From: Anaerovoracaceae bacterium
Lineage (GTDB): Bacteria > Bacillota > Clostridia > Peptostreptococcales > Anaerovoracaceae
Length of the DNA: 64,000 nt
Direction: 5' to 3'
Assembly: GCA_045599945.1 (NCBI GenBank)
Contig: JAZRWY010000029.1
Location: forward strand, 6-64,005
The translations under genes were made by a program, and so were the position numbers. The notes under the pieces were generated by a model. The model did no database searches and was not told the origin of the DNA. It was given only the letters and a program-made list of their open reading frames with translations. Shown piece after piece: positions 1 through 8,024 of this stretch (its first letter is position 1; each line of letters opens with the position of its first letter).

Positions 1-4
1 AAAT

Positions 5-79
5 TGGAGGCGACACCCGGATTTGAACCGGGGGATAAAGGTTTTGCAGTCCTCTGCCTTACCACTTGGCTATGTCGCC
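5..79 (-). tRNA. tRNA-Cys (anticodon GCA)
   Basis: The reverse complement reads GGCGACA TA GCCA...CTGCAAA...CCCGG TTCAAAT CCGGG TGTCGCC T CCA. It has a perfect 7-bp acceptor stem, a GCA anticodon and an encoded CCA. The anticodon stem has an A31/A39 mismatch. Confidence 0.88.
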
Positions 80-105
80 TCAACGAGGCAAGCCTCATAA
101 AAAAT

Positions 106-182
106 TGGCGATCCGGAACGGGCTCGAACCGTCGACCTCCAGCGTGACAGGCTGGCATTCTAACCAACTGAACTACCAGGCC
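106..182 (-). tRNA. tRNA-Asp (anticodon GTC)
   Basis: The reverse complement reads GGCCTGG TA GTTC AGTTGGTTA GAAT G CCAGC CTGTCAC GCTGG AGGTC GACGG TTCGAGC CCGTT CCGGATC G CCA. The cloverleaf is canonical, but the acceptor stem has a C3/A70 mismatch and two G-U pairs. Confidence 0.85.
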
Positions 183-187
183 ATAAA

Positions 188-263
188 TGGTGGGCGTAGC
201 AGGGCTCGAACCTACGACCCCCTGCTTGTAAGGCAGGTGCTCTCCCAGCTGAGCTATACGCCC
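188..263 (-). tRNA. tRNA-Val (anticodon TAC)
   Basis: The reverse complement reads GGGCGTA TA GCTC AGCTGGGA GAGC A CCTGC CTTACAA GCAGG GGGTC GTAGG TTCGAGC CCTGC TACGCCC A CCA. The acceptor stem is perfect. Confidence 0.92.
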
Positions 264-291
264 ACATATTACATGCTCGACACATTTATTG

Positions 292-320
292 ATTATACAT
301 CTTGCATTAGTCACTGTCAA
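292..320 (-). promoter_or_regulatory. sigma-A promoter P1 of the tRNA cluster (TTGACA-17-TATAAT)
   Basis: The minus strand reads TTGACA gtgactaatgcaagatg TATAAT. Both hexamers match the consensus exactly with a 17-nt spacer, about 30 nt upstream of tRNA-Val. Confidence 0.8.
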
Positions 321-385
321 GAGTTTTTCTTACGAACGAAAAAGTTTTTCGGTTCAACTCTCGCCCCTCACAGGCGACCTTGATT

Positions 386-414
386 ATATTACCATCTGAA
401 AAAGTCTTTGTCAA
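386..414 (-). promoter_or_regulatory. sigma-A promoter P2 of the tRNA cluster (TTGACA-17-TAATAT)
   Basis: The minus strand reads TTGACA aagactttttcagatgg TAATAT. It lies in tandem about 95 nt upstream of P1. Confidence 0.6.
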
Positions 415-500
415 GGGCTTTTCCCATTAATTTTTCAATGACTGAGATGGTTCTCCGGCATCAGCGACAGGTAATATGTTAGCAGAGAAAACAGCCTCCG

Positions 501-1145
501 TCAAGGGGATTTCTCTGTAATCTTCACCTTTTTTTCACAGGTGTTTTCCGATAGGATTTCGTACTTCCCCTGGGACATGTCCGCCATGCAAAGATGCATG
601 GCTTCCCGGTCTTCCGGACTGCAGATCAGGGTAATGATCACCGCATCCTCATAGACGATCTCTTCTATGTCATAAAGGCCTCTGGATGCCTGGTTCTGTA
701 TTCTTGCAAGACAGGAGTAATCAAATCTTGCTCTTACTTCATGCATCTGTCTGATCTCTACAAGGCCTGCAGCTTTAAGCCCCTCCTTGAGAGCCGATGT
801 ATATGCCCGGACCAGTCCGCCGGTTCCCAGTTTGATTCCTCCGAAATATCGGGTGACAATGACTGCCACATTGGTGATTTTTTCGCTGACAAGCAGCTGA
901 ACCATCGGCGCGCCCGACGTTCCCTGGGGCTCTCCGTCATCGCTGGCCCACTGGACCTGAAACTGCTCCCCGAGAACCAGAGCCGGAACATTATGGGTTG
1001 CATCCCTGTATTTCTTCCGGATTTCTGCAAAGAAACGCTCCGCTTCTTCTCTTGTCTCCACCGGCCTTACATGTGCGATGAACCGCGATTTCTGCACTTC
1101 ATATTCTGCTGCTGCTGCTTTTGCTGCTGATCTATATGATTTCAT
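501..1145 (-). CDS. yigZ: YigZ / IMPACT-family (UPF0029) protein
   Basis: The ORF 501-1211 was trimmed to the ATG of MKSYRS. The motifs KSRFIAHV, DDGEPQGTSG and VTRYFGGIKLGTGGLVRAY are typical of YigZ. The gene overlaps the hflX stop by 14 nt. Confidence 0.85.
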   Translation of the reverse strand: MKSYRSAAKAAAAEYEVQKSRFIAHVRPVETREEAERFFAEIRKKYRDATHNVPALVLGEQFQVQWASDDGEPQGTSGAPMVQLLVSEKITNVAVIVTRYFGGIKLGTGGLVRAYTSALKEGLKAAGLVEIRQMHEVRARFDYSCLARIQNQASRGLYDIEEIVYEDAVIITLICSPEDREAMHLCMADMSQGKYEILSENTCEKKVKITEKSP

Positions 1146-2412
1146 ATTCTCTATACCTGCCGTAATCCGCCTGAGATAATTCCACTTCCACGATGGTTCC
1201 GTTTTCCACATAATTCATGACGCTCACAGATGACTTGTCGCACAGATAGGAAAGAATGTCTCCTCTGGAAAATGGAATCAGAAGTTTTGCCTGCACCATG
1301 CCGGCGAAGATCTTCTCCTTGACCATTTCCATCAGCTCATCGGTTCCTTCTCCATATTTTGCAGAAGTGCGCACCCATTCGCGGCCGGATGTATCCAGAA
1401 TCTCTCCTTCACAGAGATCCTTCTTGTTATATACCACAATCCGGTCTTTGTCTCCGGCCCCTATTTCCTTCAGCACCCGGTCCGTAACACTCATGTGGAA
1501 GTCATATCCCTCATAGGAACTGTCCACCACATGCAGGAGCAGGTCCGCATCCTTGACTTCCTCCAGGGTGGATTTGAACGCTTCCACCAGTGTATGCGGC
1601 AGCTTGCTGACAAAACCGACGGTGTCGATGAGAATGAATGAATGATTTGTATCCAGGGTAATGCTCCGGTGGGATGTGTCCAGCGTGGCAAAGAGCATGT
1701 TCTTTTCGAAGACTGCCTTTTCCTCTTTGTCCATTTCTCCCAGAAAGCGATTCATCAGCGCAGATTTTCCGGAATTGGTATACCCGACCAGCGCAACCAC
1801 GGGAATCTCATTCTTTTCTCTTCTTGCTCTCTGGGTTTTCCTGACTTCCCGGGCTTTGCGAAGTTCCCCCCTGATATCGTCCATTCTCTTCTGAATGTGC
1901 CGGCGGTCTGTCTCCAGTTTCTTTTCACCGGGACCTCTTGTCCCTATGCCTCCGGCCTGTCTGGAAAGGGACTTTCCAAACCCCGTCAGCCTTGGAAGTC
2001 GGTAGCTCAGCATGGCAAGCTCCACCTGCAGGCTTCCTTCCTTCGACGTTGCCCTGGATGCGAATATGTCCAGGATCAGAATGGTCCGGTCGATGATCCG
2101 CACACCGGCTGCTTCCTCCAGATTTCTCAGCTGGATGCCGGAAAGCTCATCGTTAAAGATCACCGTATCTGCGTCCATGTTCTCTACATACGTCCGCAGC
2201 TCCTCCACTTTTCCGGAGCCGATGAAGGTCGCTTTGTTCGGACGCTCCATGCGCTGAATCATTTCGCCGAGGACTTCCACACCTGCCGCCTCTGCAAGGC
2301 CGGACAATTCCTTCATGGAATAGGAAATGTCTTCATTGAGTTCCAGTCCGACCAGAATGGCCCGGTATTCCATTTCATGGATTACTTCGTTGTTTTCATT
2401 AAACCTTAACAT
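1132..2412 (-). CDS. hflX: GTPase HflX
   Basis: 426 aa. The G motifs GYTNSGKS, DTVGF and NKKD are present, with an HflX N-terminal domain (RAILVG...). The start overlaps the yicC stop (TAATG). Confidence 0.92.
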   Translation of the reverse strand: MLRFNENNEVIHEMEYRAILVGLELNEDISYSMKELSGLAEAAGVEVLGEMIQRMERPNKATFIGSGKVEELRTYVENMDADTVIFNDELSGIQLRNLEEAAGVRIIDRTILILDIFASRATSKEGSLQVELAMLSYRLPRLTGFGKSLSRQAGGIGTRGPGEKKLETDRRHIQKRMDDIRGELRKAREVRKTQRARREKNEIPVVALVGYTNSGKSALMNRFLGEMDKEEKAVFEKNMLFATLDTSHRSITLDTNHSFILIDTVGFVSKLPHTLVEAFKSTLEEVKDADLLLHVVDSSYEGYDFHMSVTDRVLKEIGAGDKDRIVVYNKKDLCEGEILDTSGREWVRTSAKYGEGTDELMEMVKEKIFAGMVQAKLLIPFSRGDILSYLCDKSSVSVMNYVENGTIVEVELSQADYGRYREYEII

Positions 2413-3296
2413 TATTCTATGTTCTGTACCTGTTCCCGTATTTTTTCAATTTCACTCTTCATTTCAATGACAATATTTGTAATGTCTATGAAGTTTGCCT
2501 TTGAACCTGTTGTATTCGCTTCCCTGTTCATTTCCTGTACCAGAAAATCCAGCTTCTTTCCTTCCGGCTTTCCGCTGGATGTGATGATCTTCTCCAGCTG
2601 TACGCAGTGGCTTCTGAGCCTTACCATCTCCTCTGTAACATCGGCTTTTTCCGCAAATACCGCTGCCTCCACAAGGATTCTGTCTTCTGGAACCTCCGCA
2701 TTTCCTTCCAGCAGTTCTTCAATTCTTTCCTTCAGTTTTCCCGCATAGTGGCTGACAGCATCCGGCGAGAGTTTCTCCACCTGACTAACCAGAGCAGCAA
2801 CCGTATTTCCTCTTGCAATCAGGTCCTCTGCCAGCTTGGCTCCCTCTACAGTTCTCATTCTGTCAAAATCCTCAACTGCTCTGCGGACAGGAATCAGGAG
2901 TGCTTCTGTCACTTCTTCCTCGTCTTCCACATCCGGCACTGCTTTCAGCACATCTGGAAGAGATGCCAGATATTCCAGAGTAATCTCACCTGACACATCA
3001 AACGCATCCTGCAGCATCTTCAGGTTCTCGTAGTACTGCTTTGCAACCATCTGGTTAAGATTAACTGTCACATCACTTTCCGCAACATTATCCACAATTA
3101 CGGAAACATCCAGTTTTCCTCTTTTTACCGTCTCTTTGATGGCTGCCTTGATTTTTTCCTCTGCAAAGGAATAACGCCTTGGCATCCGCACGGAAATATC
3201 GCAGTATCTGTGATTGACCGAACGAATCTCAACAATAACATTTCTTTTTTCATCGGAATATTCTGCTCTTCCGAATCCTGTCATGCTTTTTATCAT
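2412..3296 (-). CDS. yicC: YicC-family (stress-induced, RNase-type) protein
   Basis: Begins MIKSMTGFGRAE after a GAAGGAGAAAGAG SD. The C-terminus contains FLVQEMNREANTTGSK, the YicC signature. The longer ORF start at 3404 was rejected. Confidence 0.9.
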   Translation of the reverse strand: MIKSMTGFGRAEYSDEKRNVIVEIRSVNHRYCDISVRMPRRYSFAEEKIKAAIKETVKRGKLDVSVIVDNVAESDVTVNLNQMVAKQYYENLKMLQDAFDVSGEITLEYLASLPDVLKAVPDVEDEEEVTEALLIPVRRAVEDFDRMRTVEGAKLAEDLIARGNTVAALVSQVEKLSPDAVSHYAGKLKERIEELLEGNAEVPEDRILVEAAVFAEKADVTEEMVRLRSHCVQLEKIITSSGKPEGKKLDFLVQEMNREANTTGSKANFIDITNIVIEMKSEIEKIREQVQNIE

Positions 3297-3397
3297 TTCT
3301 CTTTCTCCTTCTTCGTCTCTCTTGAATGATAACTCATATATTATACCAAAAATAGCCGTTTTATGATATAGTGTTATTGTTATATAAGGAGAAAAAA

Positions 3398-5062
3398 ATG
3401 GCATTTGACGGAATCATGACAGCAGCCGTTGCTGCTGAATTAAACAGCATGCTCGATGGAGCAAAGATTGAAAAGGTATACCAGCCGGAAACCGAAGAGC
3501 TTCTTCTCCATCTTCATACAAAATACGGAAAGAAAAAACTGCTTCTTTCTGCTTCCAGCCACCATGCCGGTGTCCATCTGACGGAAGAGGCCTACGATAA
3601 TCCTGCGCAGCCTTCTGCATTCTGCATGCTTCTTCGAAAGCATCTGCAGAGCGGAAGAATCACCGACGTGTCCCAGGCAGGCTCGGAGAGGATTCTGGAG
3701 TTTCAGGTGGAGACCCTGGACGAAATGGGATTTGGTGTCAACCGGACACTGATTGCAGAAATCATGGGAAAACACAGTAACATCACACTGATCGATGCCG
3801 GCACCATGAAAGTCATCGACAGCATCAAAAGGATCTCCTTGGATACCAGCAGAGTGCGTCAGCTTCTTCCCGGTCTGATCTATCAATATCCACCGGTACA
3901 GAACAAAATCCCGTTCTGGGATGTTCTTCCGGATGATGTGGAAAAAATGGCTGACAGGCCCATTTTAGACTGCATAGGAGGCATCTCACCTGCCATATCT
4001 GATGAACTGGAAAGCGATGGAAGAGATCTTCTTTATGACCATCTGGAGTCCATGCGTAAGGCTCTCCGCTGCGCAGCATTCACTCCTTGCGTCTACCTGA
4101 AGGAGGATGGTTCTCCCATGGACTTTTCTGTATTTCCGCTGACGGCCTATGAGGGTCATCTGGAAAAACTCTCGTTTGAGACTGCAAGCGAAGCAGCAGA
4201 ATATTATTTCTCCCACAAGGCATCCTCCAACAGGCTCCGGCAGAAATCCGCCGACCTTCGGAAGGCCGTGGAGCAGAAATTGAAGAAATCCTATCTGAAA
4301 AAGCAGAAGCTTTCCGAGGATCTTCTGAAAGCAGAGAACTCTGAAGAGCTCAGGCTATATGGGGAGCTTCTCACCGCGAATCTCCATCTGTGCAGCACGG
4401 GAGATACCAGCGTCAGGGTCATCAACTATTATGACGGGAAAGAAATCTCCATTCCGCTGGACAAAAGATATTCTCCATCCAGGAATGCACAGAACTATTA
4501 TAAAAAATATGGAAAATCCAAGACAGCAATCCGGGAAAAGAAAATCCAGCTGGAGGATAACGAAAAGGACATCACCTATCTGGAGTCTGTCCTTGCCATG
4601 CTTGACAATGCAGACAGTGCGGATGCCATCGATGCCATCCGAAATGAGCTGTCCGAAGAAGGATATCTCCGAAAGAGAAAAAATGCATCTTCTTCGAAAA
4701 AGCAGAAAATAAAGCCGCTCCAGTATGTTTCCTCCACCGGCTACCGGATTCTCGCAGGCAGAAACAATGTGGAAAATGACCACCTGACATTAAAAATGGC
4801 CGGAAAGACCGACCTATGGCTTCATACAAAGAATATCCCCGGTTCGCATGTCATCGTCTTTCTGGAAGGAAATCAGCCGGACGAAAAGACAATCTACGAA
4901 GCGGCGCAGATTGCTGCCTATCATAGCAAGGCAAGAAATTCTGCCCAGGTCCCCGTTGACTACGTTCCTGTAAGATATGTGAAGAAGCCGGGTGGCGCAA
5001 AACCGGGAATGGTCATCTTTACCAATAACAGAACCGTATATGTGACTCCAAAACTTCCATAA
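3398..5062 (+). CDS. rqcH: RqcH / FbpA (NFACT-family ribosome quality control factor)
   Basis: Begins MAFDGIMTAAVAAEL after an AAGGAGA SD. It has a coiled-coil middle region and a C-terminal NFACT-R motif (DLWLHTKNIPGSHVIV). Confidence 0.9.
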   Translation: MAFDGIMTAAVAAELNSMLDGAKIEKVYQPETEELLLHLHTKYGKKKLLLSASSHHAGVHLTEEAYDNPAQPSAFCMLLRKHLQSGRITDVSQAGSERILEFQVETLDEMGFGVNRTLIAEIMGKHSNITLIDAGTMKVIDSIKRISLDTSRVRQLLPGLIYQYPPVQNKIPFWDVLPDDVEKMADRPILDCIGGISPAISDELESDGRDLLYDHLESMRKALRCAAFTPCVYLKEDGSPMDFSVFPLTAYEGHLEKLSFETASEAAEYYFSHKASSNRLRQKSADLRKAVEQKLKKSYLKKQKLSEDLLKAENSEELRLYGELLTANLHLCSTGDTSVRVINYYDGKEISIPLDKRYSPSRNAQNYYKKYGKSKTAIREKKIQLEDNEKDITYLESVLAMLDNADSADAIDAIRNELSEEGYLRKRKNASSSKKQKIKPLQYVSSTGYRILAGRNNVENDHLTLKMAGKTDLWLHTKNIPGSHVIVFLEGNQPDEKTIYEAAQIAAYHSKARNSAQVPVDYVPVRYVKKPGGAKPGMVIFTNNRTVYVTPKLP

Positions 5063-5096
5063 GCAAAAGAATGCAGGCCATCCTGCATTCTTTTGC
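5063..5096. terminator. bidirectional intrinsic terminator between convergent rqcH and the DUF308 gene
   Basis: Perfect 15-bp stem GCAAAAGAATGCAGG-ccat-CCTGCATTCTTTTGC, followed by TTTT on the plus strand. Confidence 0.85.
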
Positions 5097-5108
5097 TTTT
5101 ACACACAT

Positions 5109-5711
5109 TTATTTTTCAACGAACTCTGCGTCAAATTCTCCACTTTCCATCGCCTGCTTCAGCAGTTTCAGTTTTCTGGAAATATATATGATGGCTGCAA
5201 GATCAACCACGCCGCTCGCCACAAGAAAGGCTCCTGTAAAGATCATCAGCACTTTTGCGCTGTGGAACGGATCCAGTATGACAACAATTCCGGCACCGAT
5301 CATGAGAAGCGCAAGCACAGCAAGCACCCACCAGATTTCTCCGCGGATGCGAAGCAGATCCACGGCATATTGTATTTTCAAAATCCCATCTGCAACCAGG
5401 GCAAATCCAACAATTCCCATGATGAATCCCGCCAGAAATGCCGGCCGTATGAGAATAAATACACCGGCCAGGATCAGAAGACTTCCATCCACCAGGCCAT
5501 ATGAGCCGAAAACGGCAAATCTCGACATGTGGAAATACCCTCTCAGCCGGAAAGCTCCCCATGCAATCAGGGAAACAGCGATGATATAGCAGATGGTCTC
5601 AGCGCTGGCCTGCGGAAAGATCATGAATACAAGACCCAAAACGATCAGCGCAACATATAGCAGGACGATGTCCTTTTTTATTCCATAAATTTTCTTTGTT
5701 TTCTCTTCCAT
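5109..5711 (-). CDS. HdeD/DUF308-family integral membrane protein
   Basis: 200 aa with six predicted TM helices and repeated G-rich DUF308-like segments. The family assignment is by eye only. Confidence 0.65.
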   Translation of the reverse strand: MEEKTKKIYGIKKDIVLLYVALIVLGLVFMIFPQASAETICYIIAVSLIAWGAFRLRGYFHMSRFAVFGSYGLVDGSLLILAGVFILIRPAFLAGFIMGIVGFALVADGILKIQYAVDLLRIRGEIWWVLAVLALLMIGAGIVVILDPFHSAKVLMIFTGAFLVASGVVDLAAIIYISRKLKLLKQAMESGEFDAEFVEK

Positions 5712-5752
5712 TTATCTAAATTACATTTTTTATATCTTTTTGAATATTTTTA

Positions 5753-5780
5753 TTGACTTTGTAACCATTTATGTTATGAT
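5753..5780 (+). promoter_or_regulatory. promoter of the mini zinc-ribbon gene (TTGACT-16-TGtTATGAT, extended -10)
   Basis: TTGACT at 5753-5758 and TATGAT at 5775-5780, preceded by TGt. Confidence 0.65.
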
Positions 5781-5825
5781 TGAATTACGCCGATGGCAAC
5801 ATTTTACAGAAAGGAGACCAGAACG

Positions 5826-5930
5826 ATGAACAGAACATGTACCATCTGTGGATATGCGCATCCTGCAACTTCCTTTCGCGGACAGTTTGTATGTGATAAC
5901 TGTATCCACTATATTAAACTTACTTTTTAA
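5826..5930 (+). CDS. 34-aa CxxC-x14-CxxC zinc-ribbon mini-protein (below the ORF-track size cutoff)
   Basis: Translation is MNRTCTICGYAHPATSFRGQFVCDNCIHYIKLTF. An AAAGGAGA SD lies 9 nt upstream of the ATG, and the gene has its own promoter and terminator. Confidence 0.6.
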   Translation: MNRTCTICGYAHPATSFRGQFVCDNCIHYIKLTF

Positions 5931-5986
5931 CAGTACGGATTGCGTGGAATTCTGTATATTTCCCATACATTCATGCCATCAGCCAG

Positions 5987-6015
5987 GAAGCGGACCTACC
6001 TACCGCTTCTTTTTC
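5987..6015 (+). terminator. intrinsic terminator after the mini-gene
   Basis: GAAGCGG-acctaccta-CCGCTTC followed by TTTTTCT. The 3' arm and T-run overlap the last codons of the convergent flavin reductase gene. Confidence 0.6.
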
Positions 6016-6614
6016 TGTTTATTCCGATTCTCTTTGTTGATTCTTTTTCTTGTTTTCGGTTTCATCACAGAATAACCGAATTTCCCGATCGGCTTTCTTT
6101 TGAGACCGAAATATTCTCCATGGCAGTATGCAACCATCCCGGCTTCATCCAGCATGATTCTGCCATTTTCATCGATGAGGTCCTCATTCACATGCACTCT
6201 GCAGATTTCTGCTACAAACATGTCATGGGTCCCATATTCATGGACCTCCACCACTTTGCATTCCAGATTTACCGGAGACTCTTCTATCAGCGGGCAGGAT
6301 ACCACTTCGCATTTCCCGGGGTTCAGATTCATCTTCTGAAATTTGTCCACATTCCTGCCGGACCTGACACCGCAGAAGTCGGCTGCTTCTGCCAGTTCTT
6401 CATTGACCAGATTGATGACAAATTCCCGTTCTTCCTTCAATATCTCATAGGAATGCCTTTCTCTTCGCACCGATATATATGTCATCGGAGGATCTGAATT
6501 CACAATGCCGGTCCATGCGATGGTAATGATGTTGGGATTATTCTTTCCCAGACTGACCATTACAACCGGAACCGGATTGAGCATCGCACCTCCCTTGAAT
6601 GCTATCTTTTTCAT
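6000..6614 (-). CDS. flavin reductase-like (FMN-binding split-barrel) protein
   Basis: 204 aa containing NPVPVVMVS...ITIAWTG...MTYISVR. It has a K/R-rich C-terminal tail and overlaps the rluD stop by 4 nt. Confidence 0.8.
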   Translation of the reverse strand: MKKIAFKGGAMLNPVPVVMVSLGKNNPNIITIAWTGIVNSDPPMTYISVRRERHSYEILKEEREFVINLVNEELAEAADFCGVRSGRNVDKFQKMNLNPGKCEVVSCPLIEESPVNLECKVVEVHEYGTHDMFVAEICRVHVNEDLIDENGRIMLDEAGMVAYCHGEYFGLKRKPIGKFGYSVMKPKTRKRINKENRNKQKKKR

Positions 6615-7537
6615 TCGCCTCTTCCTTTTCTCAGCTTTTCCAGCACGTTCCGGAACTCTTCGGGAAGTTCACTGTCAAATTCCATGTATTCCCCTGTCCT
6701 CGGATGAACAAATCCAAGGGTCTTTGCATGCAGCATCTGTCCTTCTACACCATAATATGATTTCTTCGGACCATAGACCGAATCTCCCAGCAGCGGATGT
6801 TTAATGTATGCCATGTGCACCCGGATCTGATGGGTTCTTCCCGTCTTCAGCACACATTCGACATATGTGAATCTTCCGAAGCGTTCAATCACCCGGTAGC
6901 CGGTATACGCATACCTGGAATTTCTGTCTGTTACAGTCATCTTCAGCCGATCTTTGGGATCTCTTCCGATTGGAGCCTCTACAAAGCCCTCGTCTTCCGT
7001 GAAATTGTTGTAGACCACCGCCTGATAGGACCTTTTGATGGAATGATCTGCCAACTGAGCAGCCAGGGACTGATGGGCCATGTCATTTTTCGCAATCATC
7101 AGAAGGCCGCTGGTATCCTTATCGATTCTGTGAACAATGCCCGGGCGTACCACGCCATTGATGGAGGAGAGACTATCTCCGCAGTGATACATGATGGCAT
7201 TTACGAGAGTTCCCGTATAGTTTCCCGCTCCGGGATGCACTACCATTCCTTTTTCCTTGTTTACAACCAGAACATCCTCATCTTCATAGACAATGTGAAT
7301 TGGTATGTTTTCCGGCTTTACCTCAAGAATATCCGGTTCAGGAATGTCAACGACAATCTCATCCCCGGCTGAGGTCCTGTACTTTTTCTGGGTACAGACA
7401 GCTCCGTTTACGGTCACTTTTCCTTCTTCCACCAGCTTTGCCAGTGCATTTCTTGACATGTCTTCTATGAGGGAAGCAAGCGCTGCATCCAGCCGTTCTC
7501 CCTTTTTGTCCAGCGTCAGTCTAATCTGTCTTTCCAT
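6611..7537 (-). CDS. rluD: RluA/RluD-family 23S rRNA pseudouridine synthase
   Basis: Has an S4 domain plus the HRIDKDTSGLL and GRTHQIRVH motifs. The start was chosen at MERQI; the upstream ATG at 7564 is also possible. Confidence 0.9.
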   Translation of the reverse strand: MERQIRLTLDKKGERLDAALASLIEDMSRNALAKLVEEGKVTVNGAVCTQKKYRTSAGDEIVVDIPEPDILEVKPENIPIHIVYEDEDVLVVNKEKGMVVHPGAGNYTGTLVNAIMYHCGDSLSSINGVVRPGIVHRIDKDTSGLLMIAKNDMAHQSLAAQLADHSIKRSYQAVVYNNFTEDEGFVEAPIGRDPKDRLKMTVTDRNSRYAYTGYRVIERFGRFTYVECVLKTGRTHQIRVHMAYIKHPLLGDSVYGPKKSYYGVEGQMLHAKTLGFVHPRTGEYMEFDSELPEEFRNVLEKLRKGRGE

Positions 7538-8015
7538 TTTTTCTTCCGTCCACGAACAGAACATATATGATGATCAGGATACATCCGGTGCATACAAACA
7601 CGTCTGCCACATTGAAGATGGGATTCCATACTTTGAAATCCAGAAAATCGATGACATATCCTCTGAATATGCGGTCGATCATGTTTCCGATTCCGCCGCC
7701 GATCATCAGCATGATGCAGAAAACGACAAACCTTCCAAGCATCTGCTTCTTTTTCACGCAGAAAAACAGCACGCCGGCCATCAATATGACCGTGACAACC
7801 GCCAGAAGGGCCGTATGCTGTGCGAAGAGTCCGAAGGCCGCCCCCGTATTCTTTATGTATGTGATATGGAAAAAACCATCAATCACAGGGATGCTCTGCC
7901 CCAGACTCATGCTCCCGATTACTGCCAGTTTGGTCAGCTGGTCAGCAAGAACAATCAGCAGAATCCCTGCTGTCATTATCATTAGCGTCATATGAATGCA
8001 GGGTGCCAATGGCAC
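7521..8015 (-). CDS. lspA: lipoprotein signal peptidase II
   Basis: Contains NTGAAFG and the FNVAD motif, with four TM segments. A GTG start follows an AAGGAGAG SD; an alternative ATG lies at 7991. Confidence 0.88.
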   Translation of the reverse strand: MPLAPCIHMTLMIMTAGILLIVLADQLTKLAVIGSMSLGQSIPVIDGFFHITYIKNTGAAFGLFAQHTALLAVVTVILMAGVLFFCVKKKQMLGRFVVFCIMLMIGGGIGNMIDRIFRGYVIDFLDFKVWNPIFNVADVFVCTGCILIIIYVLFVDGRKNGKTD

Positions 8016-8024
8016 CCTCTCTCC

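Noticed and set aside
66-383. 105-aa plus-strand ORF in the ORF track
   Set aside because: It lies antisense across three clearly folded tRNA genes and their promoter. It has no SD. It is a read-through artefact of structured RNA genes.
483-517. An 8-bp stem (CAGAGAAA...TTTCTCTG) at the end of yigZ as its terminator
   Set aside because: The loop is about 19 nt, and the stem overlaps the last codons of yigZ. There is no clean U-tract beyond the stem itself. It is too weak to call as a feature.
1642-2409. Long antisense ORFs opposite real genes. Examples are 1642-2409 (+), 11587-12441 (+), 13852-14694 (+), 30136-31143 (+), 55241-55735 (+) and 7305-7985 (+).
   Set aside because: Each is the shadow frame of a strongly recognisable minus-strand gene (hflX, trmD, ffh, pcrA, tpiA, rluD/lspA). 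They show low-complexity or Ser/Cys/Phe-rich translations, with no SD and no recognisable motifs.
6000-6060. K/R-rich C-terminal tail (KPKTRKRINKENRNKQKKKR) of the flavin reductase as a novel nucleic-acid-binding extension
   Set aside because: The last codons simply read through the A-rich complement of the convergent mini-gene terminator. Basic tails after the GKFG(Y/F)SV motif seem common in this family from memory. It is more likely incidental than functional.
8000-8014. GGTGCC-aat-GGCACC hairpin between divIVA and lspA as a regulatory element
   Set aside because: It has a 3-nt loop and only a 6-bp stem, and it overlaps the putative lspA GTG start and SD region. No U-tract is present. Nothing beyond the palindrome itself supports a function.
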